Shown here: positions 9,093 to 17,692 of the stretch, in pieces | How the letters are laid out: each line of letters opens with the position of its first letter | Numbering within the stretch: position 1 is the first letter of the stretch | Assembly: GCA_002457555.1 (NCBI GenBank) | Contig: NTJQ01000005.1 | Location: 28,335 to 92,334, forward strand | Direction: 5' to 3' | Length of the DNA stretch: 64,000 nt | DNA from: Marine Group II euryarchaeote MED-G37 | GTDB taxonomy: Archaea > Thermoplasmatota > Poseidoniia > Poseidoniales > Thalassarchaeaceae | Program-made: the position numbers and the translations under genes | The notes under the pieces: model-generated | What the model was told of the DNA's origin: nothing | The model's input: only the letters and a program-made list of their open reading frames with translations | The model's database searches: none

Positions 9093-10086
9093 TGGTAGTG
9101 ATCACGACTGCGCCAATCTTGTAGGGGTCGGCATTAGAGGCTGGTCTACGGTCCTCTAAACGACCCTTCCAACCATCTTCAATTGTACCGATTGGGATTC
9201 GGATTGAGGCGCCTCGATCTGAGACCCCATACGAAAATTGGTCAATTGACTGCGTCTCATGAAGTCCTGTGAGCCTCTGCTCATTGTGTGCACCATATAC
9301 TGACATATGAGCATCTATATTTCTACCGAATGCTTCACAAATATCTGTGAATAACTTCTCTCCACCCTCATCTCGCATTCTTCCATCACTGAAATTTACA
9401 TGCATTCCAGAACCATTCCAATCACCCTTGATCGGCTTGGGGTGGTATTCAATGTAGTAACCATATTTTTCAGTACATCTATCCAGAAGATATCGTGCCA
9501 CCCAAAGCTCGTCTCCAGCTCTCTTTGCACCCTTAGCAAAAATTTGGAACTCCCATTGGCCACATGCCACTTCTTGGTTGATTCCCTCATAGTTGATTCC
9601 CGCTTCTATGCACAAATCAGCGTGTTCTTCGACGAGATCTCTACCGTGGGTGTTCTTACCGCCGACAGAACAGTAGTAAAGACCCTGAGGACCAGGGTAG
9701 CCACCTACTGGGAACCCCAAAGGAAGTTGAGTTTCAACATCCATGATGAAATATTCTTGCTCATATCCGAACCAAAAATCGTCGTCATCTTCTTCAATTG
9801 TAGCGCGACCATTACTGGCATGTGGAGTTCCATCGGCGTTCAAGACTTCACACATTACAAGATAACCATTTATTCTTTGAGGATCACGGAATATCGTTAC
9901 GGGCTTTAGCAAACAATCTGAATCTCCGCCGTCGGCTTGCTTTGTAGAAGAACCATCAAAGGACCACATCGGACAGTCCTCAATATTACCCGAGAAATCA
10001 TTCCTGATTAGTGTCTTACTTCGCATGTTCTGTGTCGGTTCATATCCATCTAACCAGATGTACTCAAGTTTGGCCTTAACGTCCAT
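9076..10086 (-). CDS. glnII: Glutamine synthetase, type II (eukaryote-like GSII)
   Basis: 336 aa. Close match to GSII signatures: FGYEQEYF, GPQGLYYCSVGGKNTHGRDLVEEH, INYEGINQEVACGQWEFQI, KPIKGDWNGSGMHVNFS. Its 3' end overlaps the convergent DAAO gene by 17 nt. Confidence 0.85.
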   Translation of the reverse strand: MDVKAKLEYIWLDGYEPTQNMRSKTLIRNDFSGNIEDCPMWSFDGSSTKQADGGDSDCLLKPVTIFRDPQRINGYLVMCEVLNADGTPHASNGRATIEEDDDDFWFGYEQEYFIMDVETQLPLGFPVGGYPGPQGLYYCSVGGKNTHGRDLVEEHADLCIEAGINYEGINQEVACGQWEFQIFAKGAKRAGDELWVARYLLDRCTEKYGYYIEYHPKPIKGDWNGSGMHVNFSDGRMRDEGGEKLFTDICEAFGRNIDAHMSVYGAHNEQRLTGLHETQSIDQFSYGVSDRGASIRIPIGTIEDGWKGRLEDRRPASNADPYKIGAVVITTTKSSY

Positions 10087-10279
10087 AGGAAATGTCGAAT
10101 AATCTACGGTTAATATATTTCACGATGTGTTCAATATATCGGATGAATATTTATCAATATCACAATATGCTATCTATAAATTATACGATTGAATGAATAT
10201 ATTATAAAATATGATTCGATTGACTATTAATTATTTCCAAAAACCACTTCTTATTGGCAAATGAATAACGATAGGCATA
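10087..10279. promoter_or_regulatory. AT-rich divergent intergenic region between glnII (-) and the MFS transporter (+), with TATA-like elements
   Basis: 193 bp, about 75% A+T (e.g. ctatctataaattatacgattgaatgaatatattataaaatatg) with repeated GAATGAATAT / GGATGAATAT words. This is the expected location for divergent archaeal BRE/TATA promoters. Confidence 0.3.
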
Positions 10280-10315
10280 TTGTATTCTTACTCGGCTAGT
10301 AGTAAGCAGATTGAA

Positions 10316-11590
10316 ATGTGGCTTTTTACGCGTTTTATTGTGAGTTTAGCCAATGCTTGGAAGATACCGGATTTTCGCCGTTTATTGATCGGAAACGGCG
10401 TCAATATGCTAGGGAGTTCGATATTCATCATTGGAATGGGGTGGACCATTGCCGAAGTTGGTGGCCCCAAGGCGTATGGAATGGTATTCACTGCCTACTT
10501 TCTGGGACACCTTCCTTTACTTCTTTATGGGGGCATGGTAGTAGACAGGATGCCTCGAAGAACTGTTGCTATCATCTCAGATTTGTCCCAAGCGGTGCTA
10601 GTCGCATTAGCAATGTTTGCATTGATGGCTGGCTTCGATGTGATCAATACTCTACTCGTCATTACTTTCCTTACCGGAGGAGCCGGTGCATTTTCGATTC
10701 CTGCCATTGGAGCCTTAGTGCCGGACCTAGTTGAAGAAGAAATTCTACCTCAGGCTAACGCCCTTAGAGGAGTTGCCATGACATTAGCTTGGATGTTGGG
10801 CCCTCTGATCGGAGGGTTCACAGTAGAACGGTGGGGGATTGAGGTATGCCTATTCCTTGATGTTCTAACTTTCCTATTTAGCGGGGCGGTTTTGTGGACT
10901 ATATCAGAGGTCCCTATCCAGAGGGACGGCGATGCTGAGAGTCTGAAGGAAGAAGTGGCCGAAGCATGGGCTTTTGTAAAAACACAACCATGGCTCTTTG
11001 CTGGAATCGCTATGTTCATGATTTGGCACATTGGCGACTCAGCGATAGAAATAGGAATCCCGTTCATAATTGAGAACAAAGGGCTTGGTGCGAAGGAATT
11101 CGGAATCTTCGGTGCGGTTGGCGCAGGGGGCGCCTTGATTGGTTCGTTGTTAGCAGGTATTAGGCCCATCTCTAAGGAATCCAGAGGCCTAGTATTCTAC
11201 GTGCTGATAGGTGGCATCGCATGGTGTATGCTAATGTGGGCGATGCCGATATCATTCCGATTGATACTGATATTCGTTCTTATCGAGGGTATTTTAGGAG
11301 GGACTCTGGGGGTAATCTGGAGGACTACTATGTCGGATAGTGTGGACCAGCACCTGAGGGGGAGAGTCAACTCCCTTGATGCGATTGGTTCTCTAATTTT
11401 CATTCCGTTTGCGCCTCTAATGGGTGGTTGGATGATTGAGGAAACCAACGTTCTGACTACCTTTGCACTAGCCGTCTCTGTAATGGTCCTCACAACGATG
11501 GCGGGCCTAATCATCCCCTCTTTCAGAAGGTTCGAGAAAGTTGACTCTGACTTATTTCCAATCAAGGAGTCTCAAACTCGATCTGATTAA
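10316..11590 (+). CDS. MFS transporter (EntS/Mef-like efflux family)
   Basis: 12 predicted TM helices. The N-terminus KIPDFRRLLIGNGVNMLGSS is typical of the EntS/MefA MFS subfamily. Start taken at the ATG at 10316 (the ORF track starts at TTG 10280). Confidence 0.65.
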   Translation: MWLFTRFIVSLANAWKIPDFRRLLIGNGVNMLGSSIFIIGMGWTIAEVGGPKAYGMVFTAYFLGHLPLLLYGGMVVDRMPRRTVAIISDLSQAVLVALAMFALMAGFDVINTLLVITFLTGGAGAFSIPAIGALVPDLVEEEILPQANALRGVAMTLAWMLGPLIGGFTVERWGIEVCLFLDVLTFLFSGAVLWTISEVPIQRDGDAESLKEEVAEAWAFVKTQPWLFAGIAMFMIWHIGDSAIEIGIPFIIENKGLGAKEFGIFGAVGAGGALIGSLLAGIRPISKESRGLVFYVLIGGIAWCMLMWAMPISFRLILIFVLIEGILGGTLGVIWRTTMSDSVDQHLRGRVNSLDAIGSLIFIPFAPLMGGWMIEETNVLTTFALAVSVMVLTTMAGLIIPSFRRFEKVDSDLFPIKESQTRSD

Positions 11591-11915
11591 TGTCGACTTC
11601 AAACCATTTCTTGTAATATTCATATTCCAGCCTGACTGCAAATATCAAAAGAAGTATGTAAATTGTCCAAGCGGCTGCTGAGCGTCCCATGTAAATTGGT
11701 AATTCTATGAGAATTAACCCGTCGAATATTATGCATGAAATAACATACATTATACGTCCGAATGTAAGAAATATACTCTCACCCTCTTGTGCCATAACGC
11801 GCTTAATTCGGTTATCTCGCCAATCATCCATGGCTTTTTTTAAACGCCAAAATGCCGCGTCTGATTCCTGTTGCTTGTCGATGAACAAGTCAGCATCTTC
11901 CGGAGTCTCTTCCAC
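11562..11915 (-). CDS. Hypothetical small membrane protein (2 TM)
   Basis: 117-aa ORF with two hydrophobic helices (IMYVISCIIFDGLILIELPIY; WTIYILLLIFAV). Its 3' end overlaps the MFS gene. No homology is recognisable. Confidence 0.3.
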   Translation of the reverse strand: MEETPEDADLFIDKQQESDAAFWRLKKAMDDWRDNRIKRVMAQEGESIFLTFGRIMYVISCIIFDGLILIELPIYMGRSAAAWTIYILLLIFAVRLEYEYYKKWFEVDINQIEFETP

Positions 11916-11951
11916 AAATGGCGGAACAGATGCAACGCAAAGTGATTTTGT

Positions 11952-12932
11952 TCATATTTCGGTGCAACATGGGCATGGTTGAACCCAATGATTGGGCGCG
12001 ACTTCTACTAGAGATAAATCTACATTGATACTATCTGGATATTTTGGGTGATTGACTCTGTGTCCAAATGCACACCCAGGAGGAGGGTTGACTGGCGAAG
12101 GAACGTCTCCGCTAAGCACCTCTCTATCGACTACTGAACTTGGATCCGGTTTGGGTATTGCAGAAATTAGTGCTTTTGTATATGCATGTTTAGGATTGTT
12201 GTAAATTTCATCTGCATCCGCCATCTCTACTATCTTTCCAAGGTACATCACTGCGACTCTATCTGATATATGGCGTACAACAGCAAGATCATGGGCTATG
12301 AATACAAAAGTTAGCGACCTCTCCTTTTGTATGGCTTGTAGTAAATTCAGAACTTGAGCCTGGACACTAACATCGAGTGCGCTAGTTGGTTCGTCCAAAA
12401 GGATAAATTCAGGGTCCAAAGAAAGGGCCCTAGCAAGAGCAATTCGCTGTTTCTGCCCTCCGGAAAACTCATGTGGGAAACGTGTCATGTGATTAGATTT
12501 CAAACCAACGATTTCGAGCAATTCGCCTACTTTCTTAGTCAACTCAGCCCCATCTGCTAATCCATTAACAATCAAGGGTTCACCAATTATGGAACGTACT
12601 GACATTCTAGGATTCATTGAGCCACCAGGGTCTTGGAATACAATTTGCATCTTCCTCCGTAACTCAGCATTTCTCATGTTCTGAATATTGGAACCTAAAT
12701 AATGGATTGTCCCCTCTGTAATGGGAATCAATCGCAAAATCAAACGGCCAAGGGTTGTTTTACCACAGCCCGATTCTCCAACTACGCCGAAGACCTCTCC
12801 CCTTTTGATTTTGAAATCCACGCCGTCAACAGCCCTAACATGAGCTTTGGCCGAAGAAAACATACCCGATTTAATCGGGAAATATTTCTTGAGGTTTTTA
12901 GCCTCGATGAGTATTTCCTCTTCATCAGACAT
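11952..12932 (-). CDS. oppF: Oligopeptide/dipeptide ABC transporter ATP-binding protein (OppF/DppF type)
   Basis: Walker [10 protein letters not shown], signature LSGGQKQR, Walker [12 protein letters not shown]-loop AHDL. C-terminal oligopeptide-transporter extension with a Cys cluster (CAFGHR...CPCC). Confidence 0.85.
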   Translation of the reverse strand: MSDEEEILIEAKNLKKYFPIKSGMFSSAKAHVRAVDGVDFKIKRGEVFGVVGESGCGKTTLGRLILRLIPITEGTIHYLGSNIQNMRNAELRRKMQIVFQDPGGSMNPRMSVRSIIGEPLIVNGLADGAELTKKVGELLEIVGLKSNHMTRFPHEFSGGQKQRIALARALSLDPEFILLDEPTSALDVSVQAQVLNLLQAIQKERSLTFVFIAHDLAVVRHISDRVAVMYLGKIVEMADADEIYNNPKHAYTKALISAIPKPDPSSVVDREVLSGDVPSPVNPPPGCAFGHRVNHPKYPDSINVDLSLVEVAPNHWVQPCPCCTEI

Positions 12933-12935
12933 TTA

Positions 12936-14594
12936 TCACTCCCACCTATCTTCATTTTCATCCAAGCATATAGGACACATTTCCACCCAATGACCAGGAC
13001 TAATTTCTTTGTAATCAGGGATCTTTAGCAAAGTTTCACCAGTTCTTTCCATTCGTTGACAGAATCTACATCCCTCGACAAAATCTGAAGGATTCGCTAC
13101 TTGTCCAGGGATTGCAGGAAGTATCGACTTCCTTTCAGACGAAAGGCTAGGTGTGCATGCAATTAATCCTCTAGTGTATGCATGTTGGGGATTTGCAAAT
13201 AATTCGGTCACAGATGCAGTTTCAACAACACGACCTGCATACATGACTGTTACTGTGTCACATGTTTCTGCAATTACACCCAAATCGTGAGTAATCATCA
13301 TGATTGCCGTGCCTTCTCGATCTCTGAGATCCTTCATTAATTTCAGAATTTGAGCTTGTATTGTTACATCGAGTGCAGTAGTTGGTTCGTCGGCAATCAG
13401 CAACTTAGGTTCACAGGCCATCATCATCGCAATCATTACCCGCTGACGCATTCCACCGGATAGTTCGTGTGGATACATCTTAACAACAGATTCCGGGTTT
13501 GGGATTTTGACCTCTTTGAGAATTTTAACTACTTGTCGTGTATGTGCCGAATCGAGTCTGAAATAATTAGAAATTTGGATCGGAGGAATTGTCAATATAG
13601 CAACGCTCAGTATTATTGTCATTAGCACACCAAATGGTATCCACAACAGAACAATAATAACAAACCAAGATACAAAAATAAATGCAAAATTGGAATTAGC
13701 CCAGTTACTTACTAATCGAATTCCTGAGGTGATTGTTACTGGCCCCGCCTCTATGGGCTCCATCAGGGTGGTTTCAGTGAAGTCAATGTTTACTGAAAAT
13801 ATATTCCAGAAAATCAGATTTAATACCAAGACTAAGAATCCTATTGCTGCGTATTTGTTTGCAATTAATCCAAGTATTGAATCCGCGTTGTCTGTTTGAT
13901 GAATCGCTAGGATTACTAGGAAAGTTGTGATAATTGGTAAAGCACCCCTCCAATCATTACGGAAAAAATGCACCGACATTTCGGCAGGACTAATTATCGC
14001 TTTTCCAATTTTCATCGCTGAATTGGTGTCCGCTTCCTCAAGCCTGTTGTGTTGCTTTAGCACTTCTGCGACTTGCTTTTCGACAGTATACAAGGGATTC
14101 AATGCAGTCATAGGTTCTTGGAAAATCATCGAAATTTTATTACCTCTAATTGAGCGCATAAATCTCTCATGCTTACTTCTTGGAGCATCTAGAATACGTG
14201 TTAAGGCGAAGCAGGTTGAAAACGCAATTAGCATCACGGCAGATATTTGTAATCCTTGTATTGGTTCCAAGAAAGTCCAGAATAAAGATAGAATTAACCC
14301 TAATGTGAAAATCGAACTAAAATACTTCAAAAATGAAAGTATTCTTTGTGTTCTTTGGGGTGTTTTTTGAATTAATTCGTCGCCGTCAAAGGTGATGCTA
14401 CCATCATCAACATCACAGGTCGCCAAACCGATAGTTACCAATGAAGTGACTGACTTACCACAACCAGATTCACCAACTACACCCATTATTTCCCCTTCAT
14501 TTACGGAAAGTGAAACCGAATGTAACGCCTCAACTGGACCATCAAGAGTATCGAAATGAACCCGAAGTCCTTGGATATCCAATAGTTTCGGCAT
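12936..14594 (-). CDS. oppD: OppD/DppD-type ABC ATP-binding protein with two hydrophobic insertions inside the nucleotide-binding domain
   Basis: Walker A GESGCGKS, Q-loop region MIFQEPMTALNP, signature LSGGMRQR, Walker B LLIADEPTTALD, H-loop ITHDLGV, C-terminal Cys cluster CRFCQR...CPIC. The protein is 552 aa, versus about 320-340 aa for a typical OppD. Insertion 1 (~70 aa, two helices) sits after Walker A. Insertion 2 (~200 aa, about five helices, e.g. FAFIFVSWFVIIVLLWIPFGVLMTIILSVAILTIPP) sits before the signature motif. Confidence 0.8.
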   Translation of the reverse strand: MPKLLDIQGLRVHFDTLDGPVEALHSVSLSVNEGEIMGVVGESGCGKSVTSLVTIGLATCDVDDGSITFDGDELIQKTPQRTQRILSFLKYFSSIFTLGLILSLFWTFLEPIQGLQISAVMLIAFSTCFALTRILDAPRSKHERFMRSIRGNKISMIFQEPMTALNPLYTVEKQVAEVLKQHNRLEEADTNSAMKIGKAIISPAEMSVHFFRNDWRGALPIITTFLVILAIHQTDNADSILGLIANKYAAIGFLVLVLNLIFWNIFSVNIDFTETTLMEPIEAGPVTITSGIRLVSNWANSNFAFIFVSWFVIIVLLWIPFGVLMTIILSVAILTIPPIQISNYFRLDSAHTRQVVKILKEVKIPNPESVVKMYPHELSGGMRQRVMIAMMMACEPKLLIADEPTTALDVTIQAQILKLMKDLRDREGTAIMMITHDLGVIAETCDTVTVMYAGRVVETASVTELFANPQHAYTRGLIACTPSLSSERKSILPAIPGQVANPSDFVEGCRFCQRMERTGETLLKIPDYKEISPGHWVEMCPICLDENEDRWE

Positions 14595-14598
14595 AGTT

Positions 14599-16332
14599 TC
14601 ACCTCCTATTCTTTGGATCGACTACATCTCGTAAACCATCACCAAGTAAATTGAAACCCAATGTTGTGTAGGCTATAGCAAGTCCAGGGAATAATACTAA
14701 CCAATAATCTTGAGGGAAATGGGCTCTACCATCGGAGACTAATTTACCCCATTCAGCCGCTCCGGGTTCGGCGCCTAATCCAATAAAAGACAGCCCCGAT
14801 GCTGAAAGTATTGTACCTCCAATATCTAAAGTGAAGGCCACTAATAATGGAGCCCAAGCATTTGGTAAAATATGCCTGAACATTATTCGACCTGAAGGTG
14901 CTCCTACGCTTCTTGCGGCCTCAACGAATGTCATTTCTTTGACATACAATACTTGGCCACGAATTAATCTCGCATAGCCTGGCCATCCAGTAAATACTAG
15001 AGCTATCTGAATTTTCCATAGTCGATCGAAATTATCGATAACGGTGACTTCATTATCACCGTCTCCTGACCAAGTAAACAGAGCTATTGAAGCTATGAAA
15101 ATTACTAGAGTTCTGAATGTGAGGTATCGATATGGATTTCTCCAATCAAGAGAATTTAATGTTCTACTACCTACTCCGTCGAGAGATATGTTATCCATTA
15201 ATCTACGATCGAGAATAAATATCCCACCCACTATCATTAGGCCTATGAGGCTGGCAAATATCCTCCATCCACTTGAATCGGCTAGTTCGAAGAAATCTTT
15301 CCATGGGCCCCCTAATGCAAGTAGAACAACAAGCGAAACAACAACAATAATTCTCAATGGGAGATTTGCTTCTGGGAATGATGTTTCACCAGGCATTATT
15401 GAATCGAAAATAGTAGATCTAAAATAGATACATAATCCAGATAATGGAAGTAAGAATGCAAACCATAAGGGTAGTGTGAAGTTATCTATGGCTTGTAAAG
15501 CTGCGACGAAAGCGAGTGCAAGGATTAGTCCAGGGACTGCAAAGAAGATGTCTGTAATTCTCATAATTACCTCGTCTGTTCTACCTCCAAAATAGCCACT
15601 TATACTACCGATAATCGTTCCAATAATTACCGTTAGTGTTGCAACTGTGAACCCTATAGTTAATGAAACTCGAGAACCATAGAGAATCTTACTGAAAAGA
15701 TCTTGCCCCTCGTCGTTGGTTCCGAAAATACATACATCATACCCATCTGGCAACCACCAGTGGTGCATAGCATCATTTTCGAATTTGTAAATAAGTTTAA
15801 TTTGAGTCAAAGAATTATTTTCCATCAACTCTTCTGATATCCAAAAATAACTTTTGTTTGAAGTTTCAAGTGTAACTAAATCGTTGCCAAGGGTCACGCC
15901 ATATCGATCTTGTAATTCAATAAATTCAGTCACTACAAGTATATCCTCGTAGAAGGAGTTGTTGTCGGCAACCCTAGTAGGACTTAGTGCGTTAGTTCCA
16001 TTCGCATCCCAGCGCCTAAGTGTAGTGAGAGATACCTTCTGGTAGCGGGTATCACATTCATCTGAGAATGGAGCAGCCTTCCTTGGCTCGTAATCAATAT
16101 GCCAGACATCTCTTGTATCCTGCAAATTCCTGCCTGGATGTTCGACGGCGAGATCATCAGCAAAGATGGATACCACTGATATTGAGATAACCATCAATAA
16201 GCCAATAACTGCCAATAATGATCTTCGATAAATTTTCCATCCACGCTTGAAATCATACCTAGCTTGAGCAGCACTCTCCCTAATTCGACGTAGGCTTTCA
16301 CCCCTTTCTTCAACGCCGTCTTCCCAACTCAT
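14599..16332 (-). CDS. oppC: Oligopeptide ABC transporter permease (OppC/DppC type) with a ~250-aa N-terminal extracytoplasmic extension
   Basis: The C-terminal half has the BPD-transporter EAA-like region (IYGSRVSLTIGFTVATLTVIIGTIIGSISGYFGGRTDEVIMRITDIFFAVP). Its start overlaps the oppB stop (16329..16332). Confidence 0.8.
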   Translation of the reverse strand: MSWEDGVEERGESLRRIRESAAQARYDFKRGWKIYRRSLLAVIGLLMVISISVVSIFADDLAVEHPGRNLQDTRDVWHIDYEPRKAAPFSDECDTRYQKVSLTTLRRWDANGTNALSPTRVADNNSFYEDILVVTEFIELQDRYGVTLGNDLVTLETSNKSYFWISEELMENNSLTQIKLIYKFENDAMHHWWLPDGYDVCIFGTNDEGQDLFSKILYGSRVSLTIGFTVATLTVIIGTIIGSISGYFGGRTDEVIMRITDIFFAVPGLILALAFVAALQAIDNFTLPLWFAFLLPLSGLCIYFRSTIFDSIMPGETSFPEANLPLRIIVVVSLVVLLALGGPWKDFFELADSSGWRIFASLIGLMIVGGIFILDRRLMDNISLDGVGSRTLNSLDWRNPYRYLTFRTLVIFIASIALFTWSGDGDNEVTVIDNFDRLWKIQIALVFTGWPGYARLIRGQVLYVKEMTFVEAARSVGAPSGRIMFRHILPNAWAPLLVAFTLDIGGTILSASGLSFIGLGAEPGAAEWGKLVSDGRAHFPQDYWLVLFPGLAIAYTTLGFNLLGDGLRDVVDPKNRR

Positions 16333-17510
16333 TCTAGCCTCACCCTTGGATCAACAACGCCATACAGAATATCTACAATCAAATTTGACATTAGGAAGAT
16401 GATAGCAGTGATTAGAGTCACTCCCATAAGAACCGAGTAATCTAGATTGATTATTGCATCAACCGCCACATTACCCATTCCGTAGAACGCGAATATCGAT
16501 TCAGTGAGTACAGCACCACCTATCGCACCGCCTATCGAGAAACCGAGAATTGTCAAAATTGGAACCAACGCATTTCTACATGCATGGACGATAATAACAC
16601 GAGATTCAGAGAGGCCTTTGGCTCTGGCTGTACGGACATAATCCTCGTTCATTACCTCCAACAAACTTGCTCGCATATATCGTAGCAGTGAGCCAGCACT
16701 GGCAATTCCTAAAGTGAATGAAGGTAGGATTAGATGAACTAAGGTGTCATCGAATAATTTGTAATTCGAAGCATATTCTGGATTTATGTTATCTAGGGCT
16801 TCATCTGTAACGAACCAACTGTCAACTAGGTGGAATCCAGTACCACCTGATGGATACCAAGAGGGGTAACATGCAATGCCAGTTATGGCTGTATCACATA
16901 GGCTAGAGGACCTGTCAGGATATGTTAGAGCCGCATCATGCCTTCCATAAATAGGGAAACATCCGCCTTCAGTACCGAAAATAGGGTCGCATATTCCACC
17001 TACATCAGTCCCTGTACCAAAGACCAACTGAAGCATCATTGCCAACCAGAATATTGGTAGGGAGACAAATGCGATAGCTAAGAATCGAGAGATATGATCG
17101 AATACTTGATCTTGCCAAACAGCGCTAAGAATACCAAGTGTAATTCCGATAGGGTAAGCCATCAATAAGGCGAAAAGTGCCATTTCCAAGGTCACTGGAG
17201 CGGCATCTCTGACGACATCAGAAGTAGGTCTATTGTAGGTTGTAGACTCTCCCCAATCTCCCTCGGCTAAATTAATCAAATACAACCTAAATTGCTCGAT
17301 AACGGGTTCATCTAATCCCAATCTCTCTCTTTGTAATTCCAACATTGTCTTACCAGTTACAGGATCGACCAAACCACAACGTTCACCACACAAAATGGCT
17401 GCTGGATCTGCTGGAATAATTTGAGCGATTGCAAATGTGAATACTGTAACTCCAATCATTACTGGAATTAAAAGTAGAATCCTTCGAACAATGAATTCAC
17501 TCGTGTTCAT
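16329..17510 (-). CDS. oppB: Oligopeptide ABC transporter permease (OppB/DppB type)
   Basis: N-terminus IVRRILLLIPVMIGVTVFTFAIAQIIPADPAA is characteristic of OppB. Conserved EAA loop (DYVRTARAKGLSESRVIIVHACRNAL). Confidence 0.8.
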   Translation of the reverse strand: MNTSEFIVRRILLLIPVMIGVTVFTFAIAQIIPADPAAILCGERCGLVDPVTGKTMLELQRERLGLDEPVIEQFRLYLINLAEGDWGESTTYNRPTSDVVRDAAPVTLEMALFALLMAYPIGITLGILSAVWQDQVFDHISRFLAIAFVSLPIFWLAMMLQLVFGTGTDVGGICDPIFGTEGGCFPIYGRHDAALTYPDRSSSLCDTAITGIACYPSWYPSGGTGFHLVDSWFVTDEALDNINPEYASNYKLFDDTLVHLILPSFTLGIASAGSLLRYMRASLLEVMNEDYVRTARAKGLSESRVIIVHACRNALVPILTILGFSIGGAIGGAVLTESIFAFYGMGNVAVDAIINLDYSVLMGVTLITAIIFLMSNLIVDILYGVVDPRVRLE

Positions 17511-17624
17511 GTAAATTAATCTCCCATAATCACTCTACCATAGGAAGTGGTCAATCACTTTTGTGAGTGTTTTTTACCTGCCTTTCTTTCAATGCTAAGC
17601 GCCTGTGAATTAATTGAATATTTA

Positions 17625-17654
17625 CCCCGCGCCGGGAACTAGCCCGACGCGGGG
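17625..17654 (-). promoter_or_regulatory. GC-rich inverted repeat (about 11-bp stem) in the oppA-oppB intercistronic spacer
   Basis: CCCCGCGCCGGG aacta GCCCGACGCGGGG forms a near-perfect hairpin within the 182-bp gap between the oppA stop and the oppB start. Confidence 0.35.
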
Positions 17655-17692
17655 GTTTTCGTAAAATCAGATAATATTCTGGTTTTCAGTTA

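Noticed and set aside
10750-11565. Two minus-strand ORFs (139 and 122 aa) inside the MFS transporter gene
   Set aside because: They are antisense to a 12-TM MFS gene with a recognisable family N-terminus. Their translations are Pro/Ala/Ile-rich with no motifs.
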